The notes below the pieces were generated by a model. It was not told the origin of the DNA and did no database searches. It worked only from the letters and a program-made list of their open reading frames with translations. Shown one piece after another: positions 49,835 to 63,472 of a stretch of DNA of 64,000 bases. The position numbers and the translations under genes were made by a program. Source of the stretch: Zygnema circumcarinatum SAG 698-1b (Eukaryota > Plantae > Zygnematophyceae); contig CM074808.1 in NCBI GenBank assembly GCA_037447605.1, positions 1,302,001 through 1,366,000 on the forward strand. The letters are read 5' to 3'. Numbering within the stretch: the stretch's first letter is position 1; every line of letters starts with the position of its first letter.

Positions 49835-52800
49835 ATGACGGTTACAAACGGTTACAGCGGTGGGACCAAGGCCGTCATTTCCAAGCCTCATCATCCGGAG
49901 CCTGTCGCTGCGTTTTCGACCGCAACCAAGTCAGGCAGCTCTGCACGTTCTGCTCGAAGTCGCGCGCCTGAGGAGCTCGATGATACCGCCCACCTTCTCT
50001 TCTTTGCGAGCAGAGGCGACGTTGAGTCGGCCAGAGCCATTCTTAAGAGTGGAGCAAATGTGAACGCTTCCGATTATGACGGCCGCACAGCTCTGCACTT
50101 GGCAGCCAGCGAGGGAAAGCTGGAAATGATCGACCTTCTCTTGTCCGTAGGAGCAGACGTGAATGCGACGGACCGCTGGGGCAGGACTGTATGTTTTTCG
50201 CGGCGCGTCAACTCTGCTGCCATGCAACTTCTGACAAGGCTCTCTGAGTTAGGCTGTGCCTTGATGACTTTTGTGATTTAGCTTTTTTATGTTTTTAAGG
50301 CGGAGAAAGATTAAATTCTAAATGCTCTCTTTTCATCAGCACACTTTGTTTATCTCTGCGGAAATCTCCTCAAACTTTGCTTTTCGAAGGTGGATTACTA
50401 TCTGCTTGCTTTTCACCAAAGGGCATAGCAAGCATTTGTCGCCTCATTGGCACTGTGTCTTTTCCCATGTGATTGTATCCGTGACTAGAGCAGTTTAAAT
50501 GAGGCTGAAGATGTCTTTCTTTTTTTGGGTGGAACATGAAAGTGCAGCCTCTATCTGATGCGTTGCACGCCGGCTACGAGGAGGCCTGCAGACAGATCAG
50601 AGCAGCCGGCGGGAAAGCCTCCGCGGTACGAATTCGTGTCCATTACTTTTTCCCTGGCCTATATGGAAATTTGAGGAGTGGTCCTGGATGGGGATGCACG
50701 TCTTCGAAAAAGGACTTGTCCGAATTTCCTTGAACATGAAGTAGAGCCTGTTCACTTTTGCTTATTACCCTCGCTCGTGATCGACTTGCACTTAATATGC
50801 CGCCATTTTTCTATGGGTTTAATCTAATTGCATTCTACTCGCGCCTTCCCTATAATCCAAACGTGAATTTTCATCTTGTATTGTGTTGGTGAAGGTAGAT
50901 AATATTTACACATAGAAAGACTCAGGGATAAAGCATTCATCATGTACGTTATATTGCATCTCTTGTACACGGACATAGCGCGTTCTCCTTGTCCACCAAT
51001 GCTATCAAATTCGAGAGAATGAGTACTGCAGGCAGCATCCTGTTTCCATGGGACTCGGTCGACTACGTTGATTCAGAGGGTGGGGCCGCTCACTAGAGCT
51101 ATAGCTCATGCAGGATGTATTGTTTATAGTCTTACACTAGACAAAGAACAAACCCTCCAGTTCTTTTTACTTCATTTATTAGTTGTGGGTCTCGGCCAAC
51201 AGCAATGCTGCCTTTTCAAGCATGCCTGAAAGCCATTGGTTCGGTACTTGTCCTTTTCTCCATGTGTGACATATGTTGTATTCTGCGGTTAATTCCGTGT
51301 ATGATCACATCTGGCTCAGCAAAAGTTTTGTCCTTTCTGTCCAAACTTGGCTTTCTTCCAATACTTCCCGGGAGAACACACACAGACACACACACGCCCC
51401 CCCCCCACACCCATACCCCCACACACACAGGCAATCTGACAGCGGCTAAATCATGAGAAGCTCATAAGCATGCATGCAACTGTTGGTCTTTATTTCTGGC
51501 TGGCCCTGTATTGACATCCATCCAAGAACAATAATGAACTGATGAGCTGCTCTTTGTGAGAAGTTCTCTCGCTTGCTTCCTCGATCGGAACAGCGGCTTT
51601 TGACAGTCTTTACGTCCAGCTGCATGTTGAGCTTGAAGGTGCCATCGTGCTGTTGGGGCCATCTTTGCAGGAAACTGGGCCGTTGGCAACTCCCAACTTA
51701 AGCCCTGCAAAAGATTCAAAAGATGTTTTTGAAATCGACGTGTCTGAGCTGGATTTTCAAAATGCGGAGACTGTGGGCAAGGTCGGTTCGCCTGAAACTC
51801 ATTCATTCCCTATGTGATCACTCTATGTTGCACAGTACCAATATTTTTTGTCAGAGATCATTAGGAAAACTTCTCAGATGTGCCCATGACCTGGCCATCT
51901 TTTAGTTCTGCAATGTATGGCATTTCTGGAGCTTTCCGGCTTTGATGACAAGCCTCCAATCACGACCGTTTCATACAATTGCCAAGGAATGGACTCAATG
52001 CAGGAACTCTTGCCGAAGCGGCAAGAGATGTTCCTTTTGCATGTCATTAAAACGCATGTTTGAGTTGGTATGGTTTCCTTTTATAAAAGTGGCAACTCCT
52101 GCTTTTAGGTCACAGTATTTGCTCCTTTTGGTTTGAATATAGCCAGTACTCGTCCTGTTCACACTTGTTAAGTATAATTTGAATCACATTCATGTTGGCT
52201 TAATCCTGATTGTGTTTAAGTTGCATTTGCACAAAATCCTATTTGCACGTGTCCCGCGTCCCTATAAGTTCAATCGCCTCCGCTTGGCGTTTCTTATATT
52301 TCGCAGGGAGTGCGTCGATGACGAGTTTTCAGGCCAAACGTTTGTTTTGCTATGGCAGGGTGCCCACGGGGAAATCCGAGTTGTGAACTGGCGGGGGACA
52401 CGTGTCGCTGTGAAGACCATTCTTTCTCAGTTGTCGACTCGGCCTCAAGTGGAGTATGCTCTACTCTCGTCACTTGCTTGAAACCGAAGTCATGTTTTCT
52501 ACGTTCCACTGCAGAGAGATTGCGAGTATGTGAAGGGGAGCACTGAGAGACGTGTGTGTCTGTCTGACAGGAGGGAGTTCCGCGATGAGCTGATGCTGTT
52601 GAAAAAGCTCCGCCATCCCAACATTGGTGAGGGCCCATAAAGGGGACGAATTCTTTGGAGCACTCGAGGACTTGCCATGTATCGTCATAATTTCCTTTTT
52701 CAGTGATATAAATTTTAGTGGTGGGAGTGACAGGAGGAGTGTGATGTTACAAGTGTGATTTATTGCCCGGTTCGCTTGCTTCTTCGCACTTCTGGATAGC

Positions 52801-55269
52801 GCTTTTCTCTTTGGTTGTATTTCATGTGTCAAAGTCAAGTTGAATTGTAGAATTATAACGTCTGGATAAACTTATGAGTAGTTTTTGTGGCAATAGTGTG
52901 TACTTATAAGTGCTTCATCTGCGTTTGGAGGAAAACGAAGTTCAATTTCTGGGAGCTGTGACGTTGACTGAGCCGATGATGCTGATCACGGAGTACCTCA
53001 GCAGGGTGAGCTGGCTCTATGCCAAACTTGTGTGTGTTCGAATTTTTCAAATCTCTCATGCTTGTCTACATCTTGAGCTGCTTTGTTTTGTCTCCACATA
53101 AGGTCAGCTCCGATAGTGGAAAATTGAAAAGGCCGTCTATTCCATTCAAACACAAACCTTATTTTGGGTCATCGGAAAGATTGCCAGTCAAAGGGCATCA
53201 TTGGTCTAGTTTTCTTATTATAATTGAATGTATGCTCGAGAACAACTCCTGCCTATAGGTGTCTACATATGGTGAAGCATTTTCAATCACTAGTCGCACG
53301 ATCTCTTCACTTTCAGCGATTTACTTTCGGGGCTTTCTGTGCGTCAGCTTCATTAAGCTCGAATTGCTTAGTTGATAGACGATTTTTGTGAAGTCTATGC
53401 CATGGTTCCTTGTTTTTGTGAGCAGAATTGATCAATATCCACCTTTCCTTGCCAGTGTTCATTCTCTTCATGAAAGATTTGCCGGCTCAAAGCGAGTCGA
53501 TGGCTAGGTAGTGGCTATGTTCCTAACCGCTAGTCGAGGAAATGCAGGGCGATCTCCATGATATCCTGGCTCGAAAAGGTCCCCTTAGTGCTGACGAGGC
53601 TGTGCATTATGCCCTCGACATAGCACGGTACGGTTGTCCTCTGAAAACCCTAGAATTTTGAGTGCACTTTAGTGCTGGAAGTATGAATAACGTGGCCCCA
53701 ATTCCATATCTCAGGGACCACACTCTAAGGTCTTTGCCTCCCCCTGCTACCCTCCTCCTCCTGTTGACTGGCAGCCTGCACACCGTCTGCAGGGGCATGA
53801 ACTACCTCCATCAGCATAAGCCTGAAGCGATAGTGCACCTGGATTTGAAACCAAGGCAAGTCTATTCCATTCCTGTCTCAGATTGGGGATGGCAGTGATA
53901 GGGTAGTCAGAACGGCAGTGCGCTTTTGGGGGCTAGCTCCCGATAGCGCTCGCTTAACCATTCGAGGGAGTGAGTGTTCTGAATGTGAAGGTTGGGTTTT
54001 GATCTGCAGAAACCTGCTTAGAGACGAAGCAGGTCACCTGAAGGTCGCAGACTTTGGGCTCAGCCGACTCCTCCGCACGCAAACTGAGGATCCTGTACAG
54101 GAATCAGCTTACGATGCACGCGAGCGGAGCACCTGTGAGTGGCTTAGTAAATGAATACACATGTTGGGTATGATTTGTACGGCAGACTTACAAAGCCACC
54201 TACAGACGCTTTAACGATTGGTTTCATATCAAACAAAGTGGTAGTTGCTCCGGCATTACTAACATTCGGTCTTTTCTGGATTTTGAACGTGTAGAATTGG
54301 GACTTGAGGAATGAAACCTAAAAGACATTTGGGGTGGAATTATAGGCAGAATCCGTTAATCCCACGATCATGGATTTGTTGAATGTAATCTGATCAAATG
54401 GGTATATGTGGTTGGTGCCCGTCAAAGTCGATACTCTTTGTCCTTTGGCCCAACCCCTGAACAATTTTCTGATCCAAGAGCTAGTCGTGAATTACCTGCA
54501 GACTTGTACATTGCTCCTGAACTTCTGCACCACCAGTCCTATGACAAGTCTGTGGATGTCTACTCTTTTGCCATGATTGTGCGACAGGTGCGTGTCCTTT
54601 ACCCGGCCTCTAGTGGATGGGAGAGAGAGGAAGGAGAGAATGAAAGGAGCTGTTGCCCTGCCAGGGAAAGCCCGTTCGTCCTTTGGGATTGTCTCCTTCT
54701 TGGACTGCTAGTGCAGTAGTGATTAGTGGAGGATTCTGGGCGGCGCAGATGTTTGAGGGTGTCTCGACTCCCTCGGATGACGACCCCAAAGCGGTGGCGG
54801 AAAGATACGCTTCCGAGAATGAGAGGCCGCCTCTAGCAGCAGCCCACTACCCGCCGGGCATGAAAGAGTATGTGTGGTTACCTTACTGGGGCTCTCCTCA
54901 TCTGCTGCTCTTGGCTTACGGTTGTAGCCTAAGAACATTGGAGTGATGCAAATGGGGAAAAGAAGCGGCTGCAGATACTCAGAATCGCTTGGAGCTGACT
55001 GTCTTGCTGTCAAAAATGTGAAGCATTCCTGCAAGAGTGCATCCTTTGCTGTTATGAATCCCATAGCTGAAAGGATTCTAAATTCTTGCTTGGCTGCATG
55101 TTTCAGGCTAATAACGCGCTGCTGGAATCAGGACCCTAAGAAGAGGCCGGCGTTCACGGAGATCATGGAAATTTTGGAAGCAATGGAGACCAAATTGAGT
55201 AGTGAGAGGCATAGGGGGAGAAGTAGCGTTTCCAGCAAACCCGGCTGCTGCCAATGTGTCATCTTGTAA
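49835..55269 (+). CDS. Ankyrin-repeat Raf-like kinase (plant ILK/VIK family) ending in a CaaX box
   Basis: DYDGRTALHLAASEG and DRWGRTPL ankyrin repeats; GKGAHGEI, VAVK, HLDLKPRNLL, VADFGLS, IAPE and DVYSF kinase motifs; C-terminus GCCQCVIL*. Confidence 0.92.
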
Positions 55270-55953
55270 GGCCTTGTTCCTGATAAGCGGAAATGTTCTC
55301 GACAGCTGTGAGGCGGAGCTCCGCTGAGCTCAGCTGAGTTTTTGTTTGATGTTGGGTCTGATGATCTTGCCGGTGCCGTGCCCCACAAGGAGCTCCCAAG
55401 CAGCTTCTGACGCTCAAGAAGGCGTGCTAGCAGTTGCACTGGATGTGACTTGGAATTTTTTCCTTTTTTTTTTTGGGTATTTGTAGGGCTCTATCTCTCC
55501 TTCTCTGGAGTTGTAAGGCAGATGGGTGATTCCCCCCTTTGCTTCGCTGCTGAGTGCAGCAAAACTGAGCCATAGGACTGAAGAATTCAGGGCACCATAT
55601 CCACAGGATTGGCCCCACTTTCACCAACCCTGCGGTCAATGAATCAATCAATTAATCCTGTTCTCCCTTCCATCGGTCCTGTACAGAAGAGCGCATGCGC
55701 TTCTTCAGGAACACTACTGCCTCGACCCTTCCTTCGGAGGAAGCAAAGCTGGAGAGGGCTCCAAGGAGGACATTGAATTTGTCATCTGACATTTCCTTGA
55801 GGGAAGCGCCAACACTAGCACTAACACTAACACCTGTTAGCAGCAGCCGTAAGTAGGGATGTACATTGGAACGCAGCGTCGTGTTTTAGAATTCCAATAA
55901 AAATCCCTAAAAGTCAGGCCGTTTTATAAAACACTTTTAAAATGGACGGAGTC

Positions 55954-56169
55954 GTACGAAATGTACAAACACACGGCTGGGCTGTACGGTCAGCGCAAGC
56001 GCAATGCAAGCGAGCGGGTGTTCAAATTCTATGGTCGTACGGTCATTTACAAAGTGTTCTAAAACTCTGAAACTTTTAGATATTGGAAGGTTCTAATTCT
56101 GGAATCTAAAACTCTAAAAAGTCGCTTGTACGGACAACTGTCCATTCCTCATCGCAAGGGGAGCCGTAC
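55954..56169. promoter_or_regulatory. GTAC-core cluster upstream of the TBC gene
   Basis: GTACGG at 55984, 56037 and 56128, CCGTAC at 56164, plus two further GTAC cores; TCTAAAACTCT occurs twice. Confidence 0.45.
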
Positions 56170-56362
56170 ACCCGCCACGTGTCAATCCTGTCCTCACGGG
56201 TCACCGCACCGGCCGAGGAAGCTTCGTCCCACCTTCTCTGCTCGTGCGGGAAATGCCAAACGTCGAAATCCGACGGCTGACGGCGACGAAGCGTCAACGG
56301 TCGCCCTTCGCCGCCCGCCCGCCCGCCCTCTCTCGCTAGCTCCCTCCCAGGGGGTGGCGCTT

Positions 56363-56465
56363 GAGGGAGAGGGAGAGGGAGTGGGAGAGGGAGAGGAGAG
56401 AGGAGAGAGGAGGGGAGGGGAGGGGAGGGGAGGGGAAGGGAGGGGGGAAGAGCAGGCGGGAAGAG
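56363..56465 (+). repeat. GA-rich tract upstream of the TBC gene
   Basis: Direct reading. Confidence 0.9.
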
Positions 56466-56643
56466 GGATACCAGTAAGGGGGGAAGAATTGAACGGAAAG
56501 AGGTTATGCTGCCCCGGGAAGGGAAGCTTTTGCAGGAGGAAGGCTCGCAGTCTGCTTCAGGCGAGCCGCGGGGTCGGCGAGGGGTAGAAAGAAGGCTTTC
56601 GGGGAAGGGAGGGGAACGGGAGGGGAGACGGCGAGGGGAGCAG

Positions 56644-59600
56644 ATGAAGCTGAAAGACCGCTATTTGAATTTGATAGACAAAGCGAACGACGCCATGGCA
56701 CGGCTTGAGTTTGATACGGATTCGCAAGCAATGAAAGTTGCAACTGCAGTGGCTATTGGCATCGGGGTAACGGCGTTTGCAGGAGTAGCTGTGGCAGCAG
56801 CCGTTGGAGGATTTGTTTTGTTTCATGAAAGGTATTCTTCCATCAAGACTTGGAATGGAATTTCAGGGGCAATTGTGTGCAGCAATTTGGAGGGACAAAT
56901 TACCAATTATGGTTACTGCTAGTTTCAACAGGCTCTTAAAGCAACCATTTTCGGTTCCACCATGTACACTTTTCGGGTGCTAGATACTGCAAATGAGCAT
57001 TTTTTCTATTACCATTCGAGACAACTGCTCGTTCTATTTAAATGAACGTTGCATTGTCTAGTCGAGCTCATAACACTACAAAACGTTAGCTTGAAGATTT
57101 TGTCACGCTTATGTTGACCATAATCAGGGAATGCTGTACAATTGTTCTTTTTCGGTATGGCCCACATTTGGATTCTGACTGATTCATGGGCATATTAAAA
57201 GTTTCTGGGGAGCATGTTTGGCTCGCCAAAGCTGACTCACGCATTATTTTAAGCTCCAACACCTGCCGTTCCACATTCTGCAGAGGTGTACTGAGAGGGG
57301 CCTTTGAGGGACGACCAAAGCCCCTAAGTCCAGACCAATGGCGACGCGCATTTGAACCTGAGTTCGGCCGACTCAAAGGAGGTGGAGAAAAGTTGATTGG
57401 GCGTGTTCGGAAGGGGGTGAGTTATCTTGCTATATTTACTCAGGCGTACCTCACTCTCTGTCAAGGTTCAGCACGGCACCTCGCAAAATTACGGTAGTAG
57501 TAGCAGTTGTAAATTAATAAGTGCGAATAGAAAAATGCATTATAATATTGTAGCACACCCGAGAGTATATGTATATGTAGCACACACGAGAGTTTTGCAG
57601 AAGGTTTTTGGACGGCCATTGATCCTCACGAGTTGTGAGCATGTCACGAATGTCAAATGGTTTGTGGCAATCCGTTGAAGCAGGAGAGGAGGACAGTCCT
57701 CCGTTGCCCGTCTGTTATTGTTGTGCCCACGCTACGTTTTGTTGTTCTCTCTCCTTAACTTGTTGACTTCCCACGTTTTATTGACAGGGGTGTGATCCGA
57801 ACATCAGAGGAGAGGTTTGGCCTTTTCTCCTTGGCCTGTAAGTACCTTCTTTGCTGCCGCCAAAACTCCGTCCAGTGATACAGTTTCTCTAGATACTTTG
57901 TATTCTATCTTACAGACTACTTTTGAAGAAGAAACATTTCGGCCTTGAGGGTGAAACCAGCTTCCTTGTAAGGCTTCAGCAGAACTAGTTTGTCTTTTGC
58001 TCCCACACGCCCTGCTCTTACTATTGTCAGTATTCAAGGCTTGTTAACTTAGCAGCAATGTTCCACTCGAGGCCTCCACGTGTGGCTTAGAAATTTTGGC
58101 ATTTTCGAGGTCTATGTACATTTGTATGAGGAAGAACTTCAGTATACAGCAGGATATGATTAGGATCAGGATTATATGCCTTGTCGTTTGGCTTAGGACG
58201 TTCGACTTGGTTGGGCTTGTCAGGTCAAAGAGCTTTTATTTGTATAGCTTGCACTGGGTTGGGTTGAGGGCAGGCGAACTTAGGTTTTGGAGGGGCAAAC
58301 TTTTGTGCATTCAGGTATGATGGCAACAGCACGCAAGCTGAACGAGAGGCGCAACGGGTTGAGAGAAAGTAAGACCCTTTCAGAGGGATACATCTAGAAA
58401 GTGATGAGTGGAATATGCTTATTCAGAGTTGTTAGTCGTCTCTTTATGCTGCAGGTAGATGTTCTCGACAAGTCAATCTGAAAGTTACTGCCGCCGTTGT
58501 GGCAAGCAGCCTTTCTATTTGGGCTTAGTTGTTTTCTGATGGCAAGTCATTTGTTCGTGGCATCAGCTGGTGGGAGGGGTAAAAGGACTATGCTTGAGGT
58601 GGTACAGCGCAGTGCTGCAAGCTTCTGCTATGACCTCGTCTAAGACATTTTGTGATAAATGTCACAGACGGCAGTATGAGGAACTTCGGCATCGATGCAA
58701 AGAAGTGGGTGCGAGGGCACAAGAGGAGGAGAAGCGGCGACTTGCTATTCAAAGAGCACAAGATGAAGAGATCATGGAGAGTCGCAAGAGTCAAAAGGCA
58801 GCAGCTGAAAGGAAAGATGTACAGGGGGGAAAAGTAAACGACGGCCCACTTAGGGGGACTACGGAGAGTGCTGTCGAGCCGTTGGTCTCGGAGGCAACCC
58901 CACTTCTTGCAGCTGCTGAGGAAGAAGAGAGGCTTGATAACAGGGAAAGGCAAAGTGAACTGGAAAGGGACGATGTGGACAGACGGGGGGATCTTGCTGA
59001 TGGGGATTCCACATCAGATTCGCAAAAGCTGAATTCAACCGAGGAGGGTAGTGAAGCAGAACAGCGCAGCAGCGAGAATGGAGGAAGCAGAACACACTGT
59101 ACAGGTTTGGATTCACCGGCTAAAGTGAATGATGACGGGCAATTCCTGGTCGATTTCGCCACGTGGTGCCGAATTATGCGGTTGGATGCCGTGAGGATGA
59201 ATGCGGCATGGATTCCGTACTCCTCACAGGCTCCAACAGCGGCAGAGGAAGCAGCTTGCTTGGCTGCAGAGGTTGGTCTGATGGAAGATGCTCACTTAGA
59301 GCCATCACGGAGACATCACGCTGCTCGTTTGGTAGCAATATTGGAAGCATATGCCCTTCATGATCCGGAAATAGGATATTGTCAAGGAATGAGTGACTTG
59401 CTGTCACCGTTTGTAGCCTTGATTGAAGATGACTCCGATGCGTTTTGGTGCTACGAAAGCTTCATGAAAAAGGCACGGCAGAACTTCCGACTTGACGAGA
59501 TCGGCATCCGGAAGCAGTTGGAGTCTGTGTCCCTCATCCTGCGGAGAGGAGACCCGGAGTTGTTCGCCCACTTGCAATACACGCAGACGGAGGATTGCAT

Positions 59601-59967
59601 CTTCGTGTACCGAATGATTGTAGTGTTGCTGAGGCGGGAGCTCTCCTTTGAGCAAACTCTTGGGCTGTGGGAGGTCATTTGGGCAGATGCTGCGGCTGCT
59701 GCAGCAGCAGATGCAGCTGCTGCAGCCGCGGCCGCAGCAGGGGGAGTTTTGATGAGAAGCAGATCCGACGCACGAGCAGGGGCCACTTCAGACTTGTTGC
59801 TCTTCGTTATTGGAGCAATCATCCGGCAGCGGAGGAAGGAGATTTTGGCATGTGGAAGCGTGGACGAGATACTGAGGCTGTGCAACAGCTTTACAGGGAA
59901 ACTGGATGTTTGGTCGCTCATTGATGAAGCTCGCTCCCTTGTGGCGAAAGTTGGCACTGCTGTATAG
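56644..59967 (+). CDS. TBC-domain Rab GTPase-activating protein (Gyp7-like), 5 exons, N-terminal hydrophobic segment
   Basis: GCDPNIRGEVWPFLLG, arginine finger RLDAVR, glutamine finger GYCQGMSDL, YRMIVVLLRRE and LWEVIWA followed by a poly-Ala run. Confidence 0.92.
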
Positions 59968-61062
59968 GCCGGGAAGTGGCAACAGTGCTTTGTGTAGGGG
60001 CGAGAGGGAAGCGTCCATGCCAGAAATGCCCTCCTCTCTGAAGCTTGTCAGGGGACTCGCAGCCTCGCGGCCCTGCGGCGTACATGTACAGTAGGGCTTA
60101 CGATGTGCCCTTTCTCATTTTTGTTGTTAGAGGTTGTGTGAGTTTTTATAGCTGTTATCGTTAAGTTGACGTAGTCCGCACCGTCTGTGCGTTTGATGGA
60201 AGCAACAACGCTGGCAGCATGGTGCATTGTAAAGGCATGGCCAACCATGACTGTCCGTGACCACCATGGCTTTCAAAAACTGGAATTTGACAGGAAGTTG
60301 TTATCTCGGGCCTTCACAAAAAATGCTTACATCGGTATTCAGCCTTCGTCTTGTAAGAAAATGTCCCTCTTCATGTCCGAGCTTCATTTCCAGCTCCTTT
60401 CTTTCTGAAGCTGCGGACCCAGTCCCAGCCAGATCTTCCTCTCCTCGTCTAACCCTAAAAAAAGGTGAGCCCTCCCCCTTGAGGGCAGCCACTGGCCAGC
60501 CATTCCCGGATAAGGGCAGGGAGGGGATTCCCCACACGTGCGGCCGCATGAGAATATCGAATATACTCGATACGGAAGGCGTGGCGGACGCGCTGCCACG
60601 TGCGTGGGCGGCAAGCGGGCGGAGCCGCGCAACGGCGGATCTATGTGTCATGGCGCCGTCGCGTTCAACGACGCTGTCGAACGTGACGCTGTTTTATGAC
60701 ATGGAGCGGCCGTGGAATCTCGGAGCGGCCTCCTGCAGCCACAACGGAGGGCCTTTCAGGGGATTCGTATTCTGCAGCTGGAAGTTGCCTTTCTCTTGCA
60801 CGGGTTGGAAGGAGTGCGAGGGAGTGCCGGAGAGAGGGAGGAGAGGGAGGAGAAGAGGGAGGAGGAGAGGGTGGCAGCGTGGGAGGCGCTGCAAGAATCC
60901 GCGTAGAGGTGGAAGTGTCAGGGGTGTTGCGGCAAGCATTTGAAGGTCATGTGACGCCTGGATATCGGTGGAAGGAAGCTGACGGGCCCGTGATTTTTTC
61001 CGGCCGTCCTCTCTCCTTCCACTGAGTTGTTTGTTTTGGAAGAGATTTTTTCCGAAGTAAGG

Positions 61063-62550
61063 ATGGCGGCGGCTGGAAGCATTGTGGAAGGATGTGGTAA
61101 AATAGAAAACGAAGAGCGGCTTATTCAGGCTGTTGCTGGAGTCAACTTGGAAGCGACTGCTGGATTGCACGCTTCAGCTGATGTTGGCGAGTTTTTCGGT
61201 GGAAACAGCGAGCTGTTTCAACAGGTATCTTTCCTTCTCTTTCGGAGGTCCTTAGGGGCCAACCCGTCACCTTATCTTGCGTTTCAGGGTTAAGCGCTTG
61301 AATGGAACTAGAGCCTCTCTGAGATCTTTGGATGAAGCATAGTGTAGGTCGGGATGTACTTACGTTTCCTTAATGCCACAGGTGATTTGTAGTCTAAGCT
61401 TTTCGCTTTTTGACTTCTCTCAGCTTGTTAGAAGCCTCCGTATTTTCTCTAAAGCCATGATCGCTGAATATGCAGGAAACTCCTGTCCGGAAAGAAACTA
61501 TTGATGCGTCGCACGAGCATCCCGTGTGCCTCGCGAATGATGTTAACGGAGCATGGATATGTGCGATTTGCATGGACGAGATACCTGTGCAGGAATTCTC
61601 GCAGATCAAGGGTTGTGAACATTCGTACTGGTAGGTCTCCACTCTGATGACTTACGTCAGAAGTGCAGAGCATTTTGCTGCCAGTTGCTGTATTTATATT
61701 GCCGCGACTACCCTATCGGTCTTGTTTTCATCGTGCTCTGTTTTTGACGATGGGCAGCGCCACGTGCGTGTTACGATGGGCGAGTTGCAAGAGCAATCCT
61801 TGGTGCCCTCAGTGCAGGATGCCGTTCTCCATGCTTTATCTGTACCGCACACTTGAAGGAAGGTAAGGAATTCCGTAGTTTGGCCATCAACTTTGTTTGT
61901 TTGCTCTCAATGAACCTTATAGTTCTGTTCTGTTTTGGCAGTAAGTTTTTTTGTTCTTCTTCTGTTCCAGGATTAGGTTTCACTGGTTGCGTGTTTTTTC
62001 GCTAACAAGAGTCCGCTTCGTTTCCATATCTTCCGCCATTTCTATGGAGCCTAATCTGATTTTTGCAGCCTTTAGATTTCTCGCAACGAAGGCTTTCTTA
62101 ACCTAAGCTCGTGTTGTGATTGTCTCATGTATCAGTCTAAGCGATTACATGCTGGAGGAGTCCGTCTGCCTTCTTCTTTGTGCTTCATGGTTCAAAGCTC
62201 TTCCAGCATTCGACGAAGTGGAGGCTGAGGATTATTACATTGAAGATGAAGAAGATTACGAGGAAGATGAGGCACACTATTCATCCTTGCGGATAGGGAA
62301 TCGTCGCTGGGGGGAAAACGGTTTTGTGCGTGGAGGCCGCATGGAGGCACGTCCCGTTAACCATAAGGGCTCACCGAACAATGGTGGTGCTTCCTCAAGC
62401 AGGCCAAAGGCTTCCAATGGCTCTGGAGGGGCTGCAGGCAGCAGCAAGCAGCAGCAGCATGTGGGAAGGCGCGCCAAGCGGGCACAGCAACGCGAGAACG
62501 CTGACAGTGCCGCTCCGTCCAAAGCAAGTTCCCGCAGCGGCAGGCGCTAG
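61063..62550 (+). CDS. Plant-type RING-HC E3 ligase, 4 exons
   Basis: The spliced RING reads CAICMDEIP...KGCEHSYCATCVLRWAS...CPQC, followed by the plant-conserved blocks EESVCLLLCASWF and GNRRWGENGFVRGGRMEARP. Confidence 0.87.
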
Positions 62551-63472
62551 GCACATGCGCCGATGTCAAGCCACTCGATCATCACTTGATCATCTTGCGT
62601 GTTTGGTGCAGGCATTGTTGTACAATTGAAGTGATATCGTTTTGTGTTTGTTTGAAACCTGTATAGAAATCCCGTCAAGAAGCCTTTGTTAGTCTTTTTT
62701 ATTCGACTTTGTTAAGTAGTAGTTTTAATGAGTGTATAGACGTACATATGTGAATGATTTCTCGAGGAAAGGCTTTTCAATCGGTACAAAATCGATGGTT
62801 TTTCGTGGTTGTACCCGAAGGGGGGGCCCGACAAAGGCATACTAAATGGGTTTGCCCTCGTCGAGCTTGTAAGTTGACAACTCATGCTTGCAGCGGACAG
62901 CAATCTGACATTCTAGGGATCATGCCGCAAGCTGCAGTCTTTTGTTTGCGCAACAGTATGCTTCCGTGAGTTTGAAACCTGGCGTGCCAGGAAAGTCCAG
63001 GACGTGGATTCGTTCCTACTGGCATGCTTGAGATGGTAAACCCATTTGCATGTCCTTGTCCTTACTGCGAGAAATCGAGAAGCAGCACCAAAGCTCGAGG
63101 GTAAAGAGTGCACCGTCGTGAACAACCACCACCGCCACCACCACCGCCGCAGGCAGCACGCGCCCCAATGGTTCCTACGACCGGCCCTACACTTTCAGAA
63201 ACATGGAAATGGCGTTTCTAGGTAGTGGATTCTGGGTTCGTCAAATCTCCCGTGCACTATGCTCTGTCTCAGTTACAGTTACCGTGCGCTCAGACCGTGC
63301 GTTCCGTCGTTTCCGTGCATGCTCTGTCAGTTCGCAGCCCGGAACAATCGGTATAATGCTAGTATCGACACGATATCATGCGATACGATACCGTATCGCG
63401 GAGTCCCGGTCGCCGCGGCCCGGCGGGGCCCTCTCTGCGCGCCGCACCCGCGGAACCGGGGGCCCAGCCGGG

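Noticed and set aside
58401-58481. GTGATGA...CTGA pair of snoRNA-like length in a TBC intron
   Set aside because: No closing stem, no canonical D' box, and only a short LSU match at a site not known to be modified.
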